This document shows positions 23,119 through 36,305 of a DNA stretch of 64,000 bases, piece after piece (the first letter of the stretch is position 1; each line of letters begins with the position of its first letter). The stretch is from NCBI GenBank assembly GCA_002104905.1, contig MCFE01000040.1, forward strand, positions 1 to 64,000, written 5' to 3'. The DNA comes from Basidiobolus meristosporus CBS 931.73 (lineage: Eukaryota; Fungi; Basidiobolomycota). The notes under the pieces are model-generated. The model was not told where the DNA came from. It searched no databases and worked only from the letters and a program-made list of their open reading frames with translations. The translations under genes and the position numbers were made by a program.

Positions 23119-24529
23119 TTGAATCAACTGTTGGTTGAGGGAATGTTGAACCAAGGGACAAACTCAAATGCCAGATGCGGGGATTCTTTTATTCATCCCC
23201 TACGGCTTGGCAGTCCTACCCAATCCCAGTTCTCACATTGTGTATAATGTAGAATCATGATTTGACGAGAATCAAACTCCATTCTGTAGTATATCGGTAG
23301 CACCAACCACTTGATAGAATTTGGCCACCAATGTTACACGAAGTGGGTCACCTTAGGAGCGCGGAAAAACCTCGGCACAAACCTCGAGATTTGGTAAAGT
23401 TGAGCTGAGCATTTTATCCGAGGGGTGCCAGAAATTTTGTTCCATGATTGACGTACCTCAATTTGGCATCATAATACCCACTGTTCCTGGTAGATTCATT
23501 GGTATAGAACCAGTAAATAATTGGCTTTGTTAGGCTTCCCTTACAAACCCAGAAGGGCCGGGGGAATCTGCAACATTTTGACACGTGTAGGATTCATTAC
23601 CGCCCTATGCTCACTATACTTTTCACGCTTTAGTGTTTAGTTCGGTGCCTAACCTTCCTCACGTGATCAGGTGTGTATATGCGCCATCATGGAAAAGACA
23701 TGTCTGTAAAACGTCTATGGAACAAAAGCAGAATCGGAAGCTATTTATTTATTTATGAACGTAAACGGCGGTTTTAATCAAAGTGTACTATTCTGGTATT
23801 GTTGACCTCAAAACTCTAGGTCAAAGATAGCCAATCAGTTAAGCTGCGAGATCTGTAGTTATTCTGACTGTCGACCGATTGACCAATCCAATGTATCCAA
23901 GGTTAGCGTAAACAAACGTCCATGTTACCTCCGAAAATAGTGTCAACAAATGGTGATACCACCGAATAGCCTGCAGGATAGCTGATCGTGACTATGGAAA
24001 GTCGTAGCAACGTCGCGGCTAGCGTACCGATTGTTTCGAAATATTAGTATCTAGAAGGTCGCGAGGGGGTCATCGGGCTTGATGTTGAAGGGTTATTGTT
24101 GTTTTGGTTAGATATATTTCCCGATGATGGGTATTATTTTAAATTTAAATCTTCGGCTTTTTATAATCCACGCCTGAAAACACCCCATTTTAGTTGCGAT
24201 TACAATAATATCCATCCAGGTACCGTTGAAATCTAGCATTCCTGAATATTTACAGGTAAATTGCCAACCGAGTTTTGTAACAAATATTTCCACTGCTCAC
24301 AGCTCTTCTCACTTCATATTCTCCGCCAATTTCCTTTTCTCTCTCTACCTGTTGTATGCTTTAGGTGTTGATTCTTAAGCCGCCTAGTCCGTTCAAACAC
24401 ATTATTACCTTGATAGGTTAGTTCTCTTCGCGATAAGCCTTTGCACTATCAAGTCGTTTCCACCTGAAAGAGAAGACCTGTCGTCGAACACCCATAGTCA
24501 CTTGTTTCTCTTGCAATCCAGTTTACTCG

Positions 24530-27500
24530 ATGACTTCGCTGGGGAACGTTAACAGCAATCGTTTTTCCAGCCTTGATACGAAAATGTCCCAAGAAGTTGT
24601 TGATAAAGCTAGAGCAGAGCAACAGTTAAAAAATCAACTTGCCGCACAGCAATTCCTCGAGTCGGTCCTTGAACATCCACTTCCTGACGACGATCTCTAC
24701 AAGTCACTACGGGATGGCGTTCTCCTCTGCAAGTAAGAAAACATGTTCGATCTTACCTACCTAACGACTACTCAAACGTACCTTTTCTCTTCAGTCTACT
24801 GAACAAGCTCAAGCCTGGCGCCATTCCCCAAGTCAGCACGAAGAAGATGCCATTTTTTCAGGTTGGGAGCGGGTTTATGACCCCTGACGAGTGACAAACG
24901 CGTCTGATCCGTACCTAACACTCTTTACTTACTAGATGCAAAATATCTCTCACTTTCTGGAGGCTTGTAGCAAACTCGGTCTACAAAGATTCGACCTATT
25001 TGAAACTGTGGATCTTTATGAGAAGAAAAACATGTCAAGAGTACGTTCACATAAATGATTGTCGCCCGCTTTATTATTCGTGACCAATTTTGGATTTCAG
25101 GTCATCTTTACTATTCTTACCATTGAGAGAATAATCGCCGGAGTCCCACTGGGCCGTAAAATACAACCCGATCACGAACAGGCCAAATTCAGCGAGGATT
25201 CGGCAAAGACCGCATCTGACCCGCCTACTCATCCATTCACCCCAAACCAAGAACCTGATTCGGTATGCAAAGAGCACCCCCAAGACTCGCCGAAAGACGA
25301 GTCCTATGGATCCTATAGCAGCTCGTATAGTAGTGAATCTGGCTCTATTTCCCGTCAACTAAGGGCTGCACAAGCCAACATCACCATAAGAAGAAAGAAA
25401 CACAGTGTTCTAACTATTGGTACCCAAACTTCTGAAGATGAGCAGTCTATTGAAGAATTCAATGAAGGGGCCTCCCCGTCTCAGCCTATTCCAAGTCCAC
25501 GTATGTCCAAGACGCCTGAAAGCTCAACTGTCATCTCAATGATCACCTCAAATAGCAGTCCATCAGGGGATTCATTTCAATCACAATATTTGTCAGATAG
25601 CTTTGATGACAGCATCATGTCTGGGGAGTTTTCCCCAACAAAGTCCCTTAAATCCCGGTTCCTGTCGGAGGCATTTGAGGAGGAGAGTATCCGAAGACTA
25701 TCTGACAAAGTTTTATCCGGTGGGCTGGTGAGACCGCGTTGTTTGTCTGAGAGCTTCGAAGAAAACCTGGCTAGAAGGATTTCCCAAAAGATATCACCTA
25801 CAAAAACGGTTCGCTCACGGTGTCTATCTGAAAGGAAGCCTGACGATTTTAATGCCGAAGATTATATATCCAATGCTGTAAAGCGCAGCGATAGTATCGG
25901 AAGAACAGCAACCGTCAAAGAGAGATTGGAGGTGTATTCCGAGATATCTCACATCATCTCTCAATATGTATGTGACGAGCTTGTTTCTAGTCTCGAGCTT
26001 CGCTAATGCCAGGTATTTCAATCTAGCAAATGGGTAACCGTATTGGCAAAGGGCAGTTTGGCATAGTATACAAGTAAGTGGCAGACTGACTCTATCGGTG
26101 GAGCATATACATGTATTCAACCGGAATCTACAGGGCTTTGAATTTGGAGAATGGCCAGATGGTTGCTGTGAAACGCATGAGAATAGCCGATCACAAGGAG
26201 CATATCGACTCGCTAATGGTATATAATCTTGAATAACACAATGCATGATTGATTGCTAACTGGCTCCTTTTTAACAGAACGAAGTTGACCTTCTTAAATC
26301 CCTGAGCCATCCGCAAATTGTAAAATACGAAGGGTCTATACGAACGGAGGACTCGTTGTATATTGTTATCGAGTGAGTGGTCACAAGTTTTGTAGATTGT
26401 ATGGGTAGTCATCTAACCTATCATTTGCTAGGTATGTTGAGAATGGCTCCATGCTCAAAACACTGAAAGATTTTGGAGGCCGTTTTCCCGAAAAATTAGT
26501 AAAAAAGTACACCTTGAAAATTCTAGAGGGCCTGATGTACTTGCATGATCGAGAAGTAATACACCAACTACTCTTGGCGTTCTTATGGCTTTTCCTTACC
26601 TCCAAAATGGGATTTTAGGTTGTGCATTGTGACCTCAAAGCCGCCAACATACTCAGTACTAAGAATGGAAACATCAAACTAACCGACTTTGGAGTTTCAC
26701 TCAACCTTAAACTCCTGGAATCTAACCTTACCAATGTCAGCGCCAATCCGACGGTGGCTGGTACACCCAATTGGAGTATGTTCACTCTGCTCTATCCATT
26801 CAAGGAAGTCTGCTAACGGTTTGTTCGTGTAGTGGCACCTGAAATCATCGAACTCCAAGGAGCTTCTACCGCTTCTGACATTTGGTATTGTCTTGTGTTG
26901 GTCATAGATTATACATCGTCTAACAGGCCGCTTTGTAGGAGTCTTGGTTGTACTATAGTTGAATTAGTAACAGGAAAACCACCGTATTATGATTTGATGC
27001 CGCTTACTGCATTGTTCAGAATCGTAGAAGACGACTGTCCTCCATTACCCGAAAATATATCCGATGTAAGCCATTGATGCCATCAATGCCATGCCCAATT
27101 GGATATAATTTTCCTAATTTTGCATGAAAATTTAGAAATTAAGAGCATTCCTATTGCAGTGCTTCCAGAAGGACCCGACAAAGAGGCCAACTGCAAGGGA
27201 ACTTTATCGTCACGAATGGCTTGCGGAGCACCGCGTTGTTCATGTGATTACTTTTTGATTGCCTTGCAGTATATTCTCAAGAGCTAAATTTGCCATTGAA
27301 CCCAATAGGAGCTACGAAAGAATGGAAGCATCAGATCGATTGACAAGATCGCGGTTCAAATAGAAGGCGGCCCATTCAACCAGAGCCTACCGTTGCCTTC
27401 AGCGATGCCGTCAAGTCTACTTGCTCACGATCGAACCAAATCTGATCCTGATGCCATGAAAAAATCCGTAAGTGTTTGTCATTTGATTTGCTTTCCCTAG

Positions 27501-28101
27501 AATTCACCTCAACTCATTACCTCCCAGCTGCGTTTTCACCGGTTTGTTAAATGCACATTTAACAAAGGTAATCCCTCCGAGACCACGTTGCTTTTTACTT
27601 TTACCTAGCGGTACTAAGAATTTTTTAGCCGTTGTAGAGTGTAGAATTTGTCAAGATTATGTGAAGAAACGCGCATTTTTTTGTGATGGTAAAGTGTTGG
27701 ATTTGATCGAGTTGGCCGTGTTATGACCCTAATATTCTTGTCAGAGTGCGGTCTGGTATGCCATGTGGAATGTGCCAATTCCAATCCGTATCTATGCGAA
27801 CCGAGAGCTCAGGTATGCTTATGTTTTCTTTATATTACGATGTGACAAATGCTAATTCCTCTCACAGCCAAGCACCCCAGCAAGCAGCTTCAGTACAACA
27901 GACGGGAAGCGAAAGAATAGGTCCAGTTTTGTGTACACAAGCCATCACTCCCCTCTTGGTGTCCAGGATGATGGTCTTGACGAGAACGGCAGTAGCATAT
28001 CGTCGTCTGGATCCAACTACCAGGACAATCGATTTTCTCGATTCAAGGCCAGGGGGTTCAAGAAATCCAAGAAGCCATCTCAGGACTGTTGCGTATCTTA
28101 A
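24530..28101 (+). CDS. Calponin-homology domain + Ser-rich linker + Cdc15/STE11-like Ser/Thr kinase + C1 zinc finger + polybasic CaaX tail, about 17 exons
   Basis: CH: [42 protein letters not shown]. Kinase: [38 protein letters not shown]1: HRF...CRIC...CDEC...CHVEC...C. The last exon 27868-28101 ends [13 protein letters not shown]. Confidence 0.88.
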
Positions 28102-28637
28102 TTTACCTTCACATGACAGGCAATCATTACAGCGGACGACCCCCAAGCAATTCTGCCGCGCCATCACCTTTTCACTTGTATGTATTCTTAGTAAATACCG
28201 CTTATACACTCACGTACACACATAGTTTATCTTTCGGTCCCTTACCCAGATGTATCACACTCTATCCAGTAGATGATTATTTTAGCAACCCAGTTTTTCC
28301 CGTTTTTCCACTTCACTGATTGAGTACATGATTTCCACTTCATTATGTATATGCCATTAGAATTGCTTCCAACCTCTTTGGTAAATCCTAAAACTTGCGT
28401 ATGACCCGTGAACCATCAAACGAAACCGCGCTAGAGCTTGTGTGGCGAGTAAGCTGAACTGAAGCCTCCGCCATTTATATATCGTAAATAATGGCTGGAG
28501 TTGATAGAGGGTGGGAAGGAGATTTAAAACTGCGAATATCTATTTAATCTATCAACAACAAAGTGGTCGGGGTCATTATCCTGCTTGCATGATAAATTGC
28601 AAGAAAATAGCCGGGGAAGGGTAAACTTCGAAGGGGA

Positions 28638-30382
28638 TTAGAATCTCCTGTAGGTCTTGGATGTTTGGGAGCTGCTTAACGCTTCAACCTCGGCTTCTAG
28701 CTGTTTGACAAGGTTGTGGTTAGCTTCTAAATCCTCATTCAGGCGAACTCGTTCGGCAATCAACTAGAATGAATTAATTGATGATTTACTTGGTGAGATT
28801 ATCAATGCAAATATGCAGAGGTCCATATTTACTCTTTGCTCCCACTGACGGAACCTAGCTTCTTCTATCTTGACTTTTTCAGCAAATCTTCTATGAAGTG
28901 CTTCCTCCTCCTCTTTGTGCTTCTTGTTTTCCGGTCTGGGTCTATAGAAGATCACAGATTAGTCGGTTTCGTTCGAACGAAATTGCCGATATACGCACTT
29001 CGGTTCATTGTTGTTCATAAGCGAGCTCCTATACTTGGTATAGTGTACTTCTTCGGTGGTATTAATTAGATCATACATGTGAGTCCTGTGAATGTTAAGA
29101 TGTGAGAAGATCAGCAAAAAACTATCAAGTATGGCCTACCTGATCAAGAGATCACGAAGCTTTCGAAAGTCGCAATGGGAATCGTTCTCGACTTAAGAAA
29201 GGTTTAATGGCTTGGCTCGATGAAATTCCAGCGGAAACCGGTACCTTCCACTACACCCCAAGGGTATTCTCTGCCTTTGACTCTTCTACCATCCTTGGTC
29301 GTGACGTCTTGATCACTGGCAATGATTGCAAATGGCATTGCTTCCTATAGACAAGACTTTTGTGAGTCTGGCTCGACATCCATGCTGATAGTCCGCCTAC
29401 GACAATTACCATCATCTCTCTGTTCCTCGACATGGTGGCCTCATCATCACTTTCAATCGGGCATGTGTAAACATGGATCTCTTGCGCAGCGATCGTCTCC
29501 CGAATCTGTGATTTCCCATAGGTCAGGTTATTTGGGAAGCAAGTAAACGGTTGTATAGTGTCAGCTTACTCTAGCCTTAAATTGTTGTAATGCAAAGGGA
29601 GAAAGGGTGTCCGCTTTCGCAATCACGGGGATTAGATTTACCCTGGTGCCAAGTTGCTTCATGATCTCGATATCGAGCGGTTTCAAACTAACCGGGAGGT
29701 GAAATTGCTAAATACGCAGAAGGCATAAAATAGCTGATCGAGAAATAGAAAACCTGTGCCCGGTGGGTCGAATGAAATAAAGACACACGTGAACGCGCAC
29801 ATCAATAATGCCATTTCTAATAGGCTGTTGCTCTTGCTTCATGTATGACTCGTATTGTCCATCGATAAAATCCACGATAGGAACCCAGCTTTCACTATTA
29901 TCGATAAAGTCCCCAAAGCCTGGTGTATCAATCACGTTCAGTTTCATGTTGAACATCTTTTCTTCCAACTCTAAATAGGCAATCGAATAGTTAGCCAGAG
30001 GTGAAACGTGAACTTCACGACGCGGGAAGGCTCATGGTGGCGCGTACCTGCTTTGGTAACGGTGATATCGACAGTTTTATCTGCTTGGTGTGCATGTCGT
30101 TGTGCTTGAGATTTGTAGTCCTTAATGGTTGTAGTGAACAGGGTGTTAACAAAGGTGGTCTTGCCAAGGCCGGACTCTCCTGGGTTTCGGCGTGTGCGTG
30201 GGGTGCGCTTTAGTTTTATTTGAGAAGATACGAGATAAGCATGCCAATAAGATTTTACCTACGACCATTAAAGTGAACTTGGAGCCTTGTCTCGTCACTA
30301 TTTTATGTCTTTGGTTTGGTAGGTGAGCGATCCCAACACCTTGTGTTCGGATATAACTAGTCTCGCTAGCACTCGTTGACAT
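28638..30382 (-). CDS. CDC12: Septin, Cdc12/Spn4/AspC type, multi-exon
   Basis: [51 protein letters not shown], and a C-terminal coiled coil [18 protein letters not shown] ending TYRRF* at 28638. Confidence 0.92.
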
Positions 30383-32905
30383 GGTCACTATTTACTGTAC
30401 GTGTCAGAATTTCAAAACAAGCTTCGAGTCAATACCCGATGGTCCCAAATAAAGACGAGCATCCACGGATGTATCACGTGACAGAAGGTATCATCTACGA
30501 ATAAACACCAGTTCAATAGGGCCATGGATTTTCGAGGAGTGATGGAATCAGGGCTTCGAGCGATGGGCAGAAACAGACTAGTAGGACAAGTCGATCCTCG
30601 ACAAGGCAGCACAAGCACATCTTGTCAAAATACTAGCGCGGATGTCCGAAGCCTAACCATCAAATTATGATACATATACGTACACGCACACATGCACATA
30701 CTGCTGACGCATCCATCAAGACCCTAGCACGTAGACTGCCCACGACCACAGCTCAAAAATGGAGTCATGTACAACAACCATCAGATTTCCTTACCCAAAT
30801 CGAAAGCGTCCAAGTAACTGTATACGATCCGTGGAATCTCGGACAAATGCGACAACGTGATGGACGCGCCATCGAGAGTTGTGCAGAGTCCTGATCGCAA
30901 GATCAGATCCTTTCTGTCAACATCAACTATTGGGTGATCCGTGCCCTGGTGCAGGCTGATTCAAAATCTTATTCAGAATCCTCGTTTGTTCCGAGCCATA
31001 ACGTTCATCCCCTTTGAGTCATATCTGGAGTGCTGCATGCTGGACAGAGTGCATTAATGCTATATGATATCCATTATATTCTAAAGAGAACGCCAATTCA
31101 TTTACCCGAACTAAGATACGTGTTCAATGGACTGTATCCCGTTAGGGAGTTGGATCCAGACTCGTAATGGGAGCCGAGCTGCTCCTATATCCCAACCCCA
31201 ACCCTACTTACTGCACACTGATTGTCATGGTATGTGCCATCCTGATGCAGCCATGATAAAGCTGTATATCACACAATTGGGAAGTATACCATTTTTTATG
31301 AAGTTCCAAAAGATCATTGTTTAAAGAGTGTTCTCGTGAGTCAAGTCCTAATCATCCGTGGGTGCGATAATCTAGGTCGCGCTTTGAAATATCCGATGAG
31401 CGCCTGCTCTGATAGTGCAACTTATTGGCTCTCAGCCAGCTGGTCCAACAATTGGACTAGGTGAGGCACGGGGTCTACCAGTCAGATAGGAAATGCTGCA
31501 ACGATGAGTGTGCTAATTGTGGGTTATCTGCGTTTCCCCAGGTATAGCTAGGCGCGTGGCAGTCTTGGAGGAGTCACTCTGGCCAAAAGCCGATATCGGA
31601 CAGTGACTGAAGAGCGGAGCAAAGAGTCATAGGTTGTGATTTTTGGGGACTCCAATGGCCCCCGATTCCTGATATCATTCACTTCGACACCGTTACCTCA
31701 TACAGGGTGATGCGTTCTCATCCAATGATTTCGGCTACAGGATTTGGCTAATTGGCTCGAGATGAATTGCAGAGATGCCATCTCTCGACGAGCCATTGCA
31801 TGGATTCGCCACGTTATACTAGTGGTGAGCCCATGAAGTCAGCATCCTTGGAAAGCGGTTTAAGCCATGATTTGATATAGATCGGTATACTCTGGGAACC
31901 AGTAATTAGACAGGATCTCAGTACGCTACCAGCAATTTCCTCTCGGCACCTTAAAGACCAGCGGCATGCTATGATGCTACCTGTCTCTGGACGTCCAGAA
32001 GGATAGCTGGCGTAACCCATCACTTTTGACTCTCCAAGCCTTCACAAATCCCTCAATTTGATTGGTTAGCTCGCTCATCGGTTACTCGGGTGAGAATGTG
32101 CAGTCACATTGATCTCTGATTTGGCCGTCTCCGCATTGCATGAAGCCTCTGATTAACCTTGGCGAAATTCAGTTGGAAAACCCAAGTAACCGATGTATTG
32201 TCCACGGTGGGTGTGGTCATCACGAATGATTAACGCTTGAGCTGATGACTCTGCAATGCAGCTGGTAGTACATACATACCCAAGATTAATACCCCAGGCC
32301 TCTCATGCCTCGACCAAGTGTTGATAATGCCCAGGATATGTTATGGCGCTAAAGACTGTTCCGGTACCCGCGCATATGGAAAATTGGTCAGATTTTCAAA
32401 TGAGGATTTTATAACTTCATTGCGCACAAATTTATAATTCGATCAGGTTGGAAATATAGAAATAATTGCAAGATAATTGTTACATTCATCAGGGGAGAAG
32501 CAAGGAAGAAGAGATATGGACGTCTTCACGACATACGATAGATATAGGAGATAGGTGCGGGGAACATAAAGGTGGTAACAGCGAAAAGTCTTGCAATAAA
32601 CAAGGGTGCATCACTTCCATGCTGAGTTATATGTACATCAGAAGAACATCAACGTGCATCTCAATGAATGAAATACTCGGAAGCGGTCAAAGAAAAGAGA
32701 GTGGATCAAAAATTCTTCGACAATCGTGCCTCAAAAATGTTGGTTCTCCGTCTCTTTTGGACGAATATAGCCAAAGGATCCAAACTGTATAGATACTCTG
32801 CTTAACTGAATTTAAATATAGAACTACAAAAAGGCTCCGGGGTTGGAAACCAGAAAATGACTATCAACAATTGGTTTGCGGTTGGATGGCGGGGTACCCT
32901 CCGAC

Positions 32906-33925
32906 TCATTGCGATGTTGGCGAGGTTTCTGCAGGGATGGCAACCACATGAGTGTGTTCAATATGGTACTTCAGTCCATTCAGATTTTTATAGCTTTTCC
33001 CACATTCAGGATAGGCACAATGATACGGCTTGACAGTGGGGGTGTCTTTTTTCTTCTTTCCTGAATTGGTACAATGACCGTGCTGGAAGAAAGTTAAATG
33101 AAGGTATGGAGGTGGTAGATAGAGTTAAAGGTACCTGAGTATGATACTTGAGTCCGTTCGGGTTTTTGTATGTCTTGTCACATCCCGGGACAAGGCATTT
33201 GTATGGCTTCTCAAATAGCGTGCATGATTTCTGCTTCTTTGGGCTGTGAGAAGCCTTGTCTTCCGTATGGAGGAAATTGTCAGCACTAGACAACAGCGTG
33301 GATGAAAGTAAGGCGGAGAGATGCGGATATTCCGGCGAACTTGTTGAGGAATGAGCAATCTCCCGAGGTTGGATGGTGATCTTTCTTTTTGTTGAAGACA
33401 ACTCAGATTTGGGTTGCTTTTGTGAGCTTTTGGATCTATTGATCGGGGATTTGATAATAGCATTATCAAACGCCGAATAGCATATCTCATCCGGCTTGCT
33501 ATTATCCTCAGAATAAATATCACTCATGGCAGCAATATCACTTTGTAGTAAGCTCTCCAAAGATAAGAACGAAGTTTGATCAGCGATATATGGAGGTGTG
33601 GTAGTTGAGTCAGACTCGCTCGAGGTAGAAAACTCCTCCTCGTACAACGGATTTAGAGCGGATTCTTCTGCTTCAAGTCTGACGTGGCATTCTTCAAAAT
33701 GCTGAAGTAAGTCATGTAGGTTTTCTAGAACAAGACCACAGCATGCGAAATTCCGACAGAATGAAGCCTCTAAATCCTGAGCTCTGGATGATTCTATCGA
33801 GTTGGTAATGGTCTCATCCAATTGGGGGAAGTCGATATCGAAGCTTAGAATGCAACGCTGGTTAGTACAGAAGTCACAATAGCGCATCAAAGCTAACTGA
33901 ACACGTACTGGAAAGTATTATCCAT
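32906..33925 (-). CDS. C2H2 zinc-finger transcription factor, Sfp1/JAZF1-like
   Basis: N-terminal FCRNFACCGLVLENLHDLLQHFEECH and C-terminal fingers KPYKCLVPGCDKTYKNPNGLKYH and KPYHCAYPECGKSYKNLNGLKYHIEHTH joined by an intron. The short first exon (ATG 33925) is tentative. Confidence 0.85.
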
Positions 33926-34229
33926 AATATCTGGTCTAGGTGACTTTTGGGCAGAGTAATCGAGTGGCGCAGGCATTTCGATATAAAGGACGTACTATTC
34001 TTACCAGAGATATGATTGCGAGTTAGTAAGATACAATGTGAGGTATGCGAATTGAGGGAGAAAGAGCTTGCAGCTCGAATGATGCGTGGGATTCAAGAAT
34101 GTATAGCCCTCAGAGACGAGCCATGGTGTGTGGGCGGCTTGCGGTCGCTTTATATAAGTCATTCCCGTGGAAGTAGTCCACTCTTATTGGATGACCCCAC
34201 CAGACGCGGAAACCTTGATTAGTTTACAG

Positions 34230-36305
34230 AGCTAGGCCGCCATCAATGTTTCAGGCTCAACATTGAATCAAAGTTCAAATCATTTTTGGAGCTGTTGAGA
34301 TTGGTAAAGCGGATAGAATAGGATCAATACATTTCGTATTCGTCGATACCTCAGATTGTACTACTCTATGTACCAGCCAGATACCTCAGTCGGTCCAGAA
34401 TCCCAATTATTTTGGATATGCATAAAAACTACATTAATAAAGAAGCATCCAGGTTTAGCCAATCTAGTGCATGATAACAGAACACGGATTTTCATACTAC
34501 ACATAAAGAAACGGTTGACACTACATAAATTGCTGTCCTGAGAGCACATATATGAAAAAGATCGACGATGTGTAGCTGAACGCTATTGAGGATGTTGATC
34601 TATTTGAAGCAAACATATTGAATCCCATTCTACCAGGAAATCCCATCATATTTTCGGCATCCCACCACAGGTTACTTGACTACTGTCCGATAAAAGGCTT
34701 ATAATTGATGAGCGATCAATTTCGATGGTCATTTGACGTTAGAACTAATAAAGACAATGCCCAAATACCATATTCTTCAGCTTACAGGGCCATGAAGTAA
34801 CTTTCAAATCATCGGTGAAAGGGCATTCGGGTATCCATCATCATCTCGCTGCGCATGATTGCGAAATAAGTTTATCATCTTATCAGTGGAAGCTCGGATG
34901 CACCCAAAGGATAGTCAGTGCTTAGGTAATTTCCTAGATGAAGGGTTATCAATGTTTTCACCTATTCCCACAGCATCTGCCCAGCTAATACTAATCTTGA
35001 TATTTGTGTTACGTCTTGGTTTGAAAAATACTGGAAATATTGCATATTACGAGTGAGACGAAATCAATACCATATCCTGAATGCAAATTCAAGAATCTGT
35101 ACCAGTATTTTACCGCACAAAAGATACTTCGCTTGGATAATTTCCACAAATACAAGAGGAACTGATAAGTTATCCGTACCGTAGTCGAAGCCACCTTCTA
35201 AAACCGTAGCAGCTCAACGCACACTCTCTACCCAATAGACCTTCTTATCGAGATTCTGGTCGCACAGATATATCAACATGAAATTGGGCTAGCCAGTTTA
35301 TGATTATTGAGGAAATCTTAAATATCTCCATGGCAAAGTTCACTTCTCCTTAAAACTCCCTCTACTCTAGGGTGATAACTGAAAGTATCTTGGAAGTACA
35401 CTCCACAGTTATATCGGGCGAAGCGTACGCGGTATCGATCATGGTACATATAGTAACTATGCGAGATTACATGTTGAGCATCCGTGGCATTATTCGGACT
35501 CTCCTATTTTGGTACATTACCCTCTAATTATGACTTGAAACAGGTCTCCTATACAATAACTATTTGTATTGAGTTCATATTGCATTCCAGGCTCTAGTAT
35601 TATCAACCAGCCTGATATGTAAATTCGAGTTAATCTGCATCAGTCGAATTCCATATATCGATATTTTTAAAATACACGGCGATCTGGCGATCAGCTTTTA
35701 ATGTAAATATAATATAGTGCCAAACCCTCGTATTAGAATGGTATTAGTCACCCACAGATTTCCACAGCATCCAAGGACGTTGACGCTGGTAGTATATTGG
35801 ACAGTGTGCGCAGCCAGTCATGCTATCCTTCCGGTCTGATGCTCAGAGCGATAAAGCCTCGTCAAGACAGCGAGAAACGTGTCGTTTCTTTTTGTCTATG
35901 GGGAGTAAGGCGGTTGACTCCATATTACTGTGCCGTTTCTACGAGTTGTGCTACAAGTGCATCGAAATCGCACAGGAAGTCTCGAACTTGTCAAATGATT
36001 CTCGACCAGTTCAATATATTAATAATACAAATTTATTGGGAATTGCCATGTAATGGACTGTATTCTCTATAGGTGAGATATTTACCAGCCATTGCACTAT
36101 GCGAATGGCTAGCAGTACTGAAAGAATATTTAGAGCCATCTTATTTGTCTGGTTAAATGTAAGCAGCCTATAGAGCGAAATCGTATAAGAATACCAATGA
36201 GCTTCGCCTGGCCCCTTGGCCAAGGTGGCCTCTGCTTTGGTATTTGAGAATGCGGATATATGGAATGAAAAAGCTGAATTCTATTTGCAGGCAGCTGGGG
36301 CTTGA
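34230..36305 (+). CDS. Possible many-exon gene of unknown function (not fully resolved)
   Basis: A run of short GT...AG-bounded segments with protein-like frames, e.g. LFEANILNPILPG, SDQFRWSFD, NYARLHVEHPWHY and a last exon VASALVFENADIWNEKAEFYLQAAGA*. I could not join them into one frame by eye. Confidence 0.3.

Noticed and set aside
27746-28225. 159-aa ORF from the track as a separate gene
   Set aside because: It is an alternative frame over the last kinase exons. The spliced frame gives the C1 domain and CCVS end.
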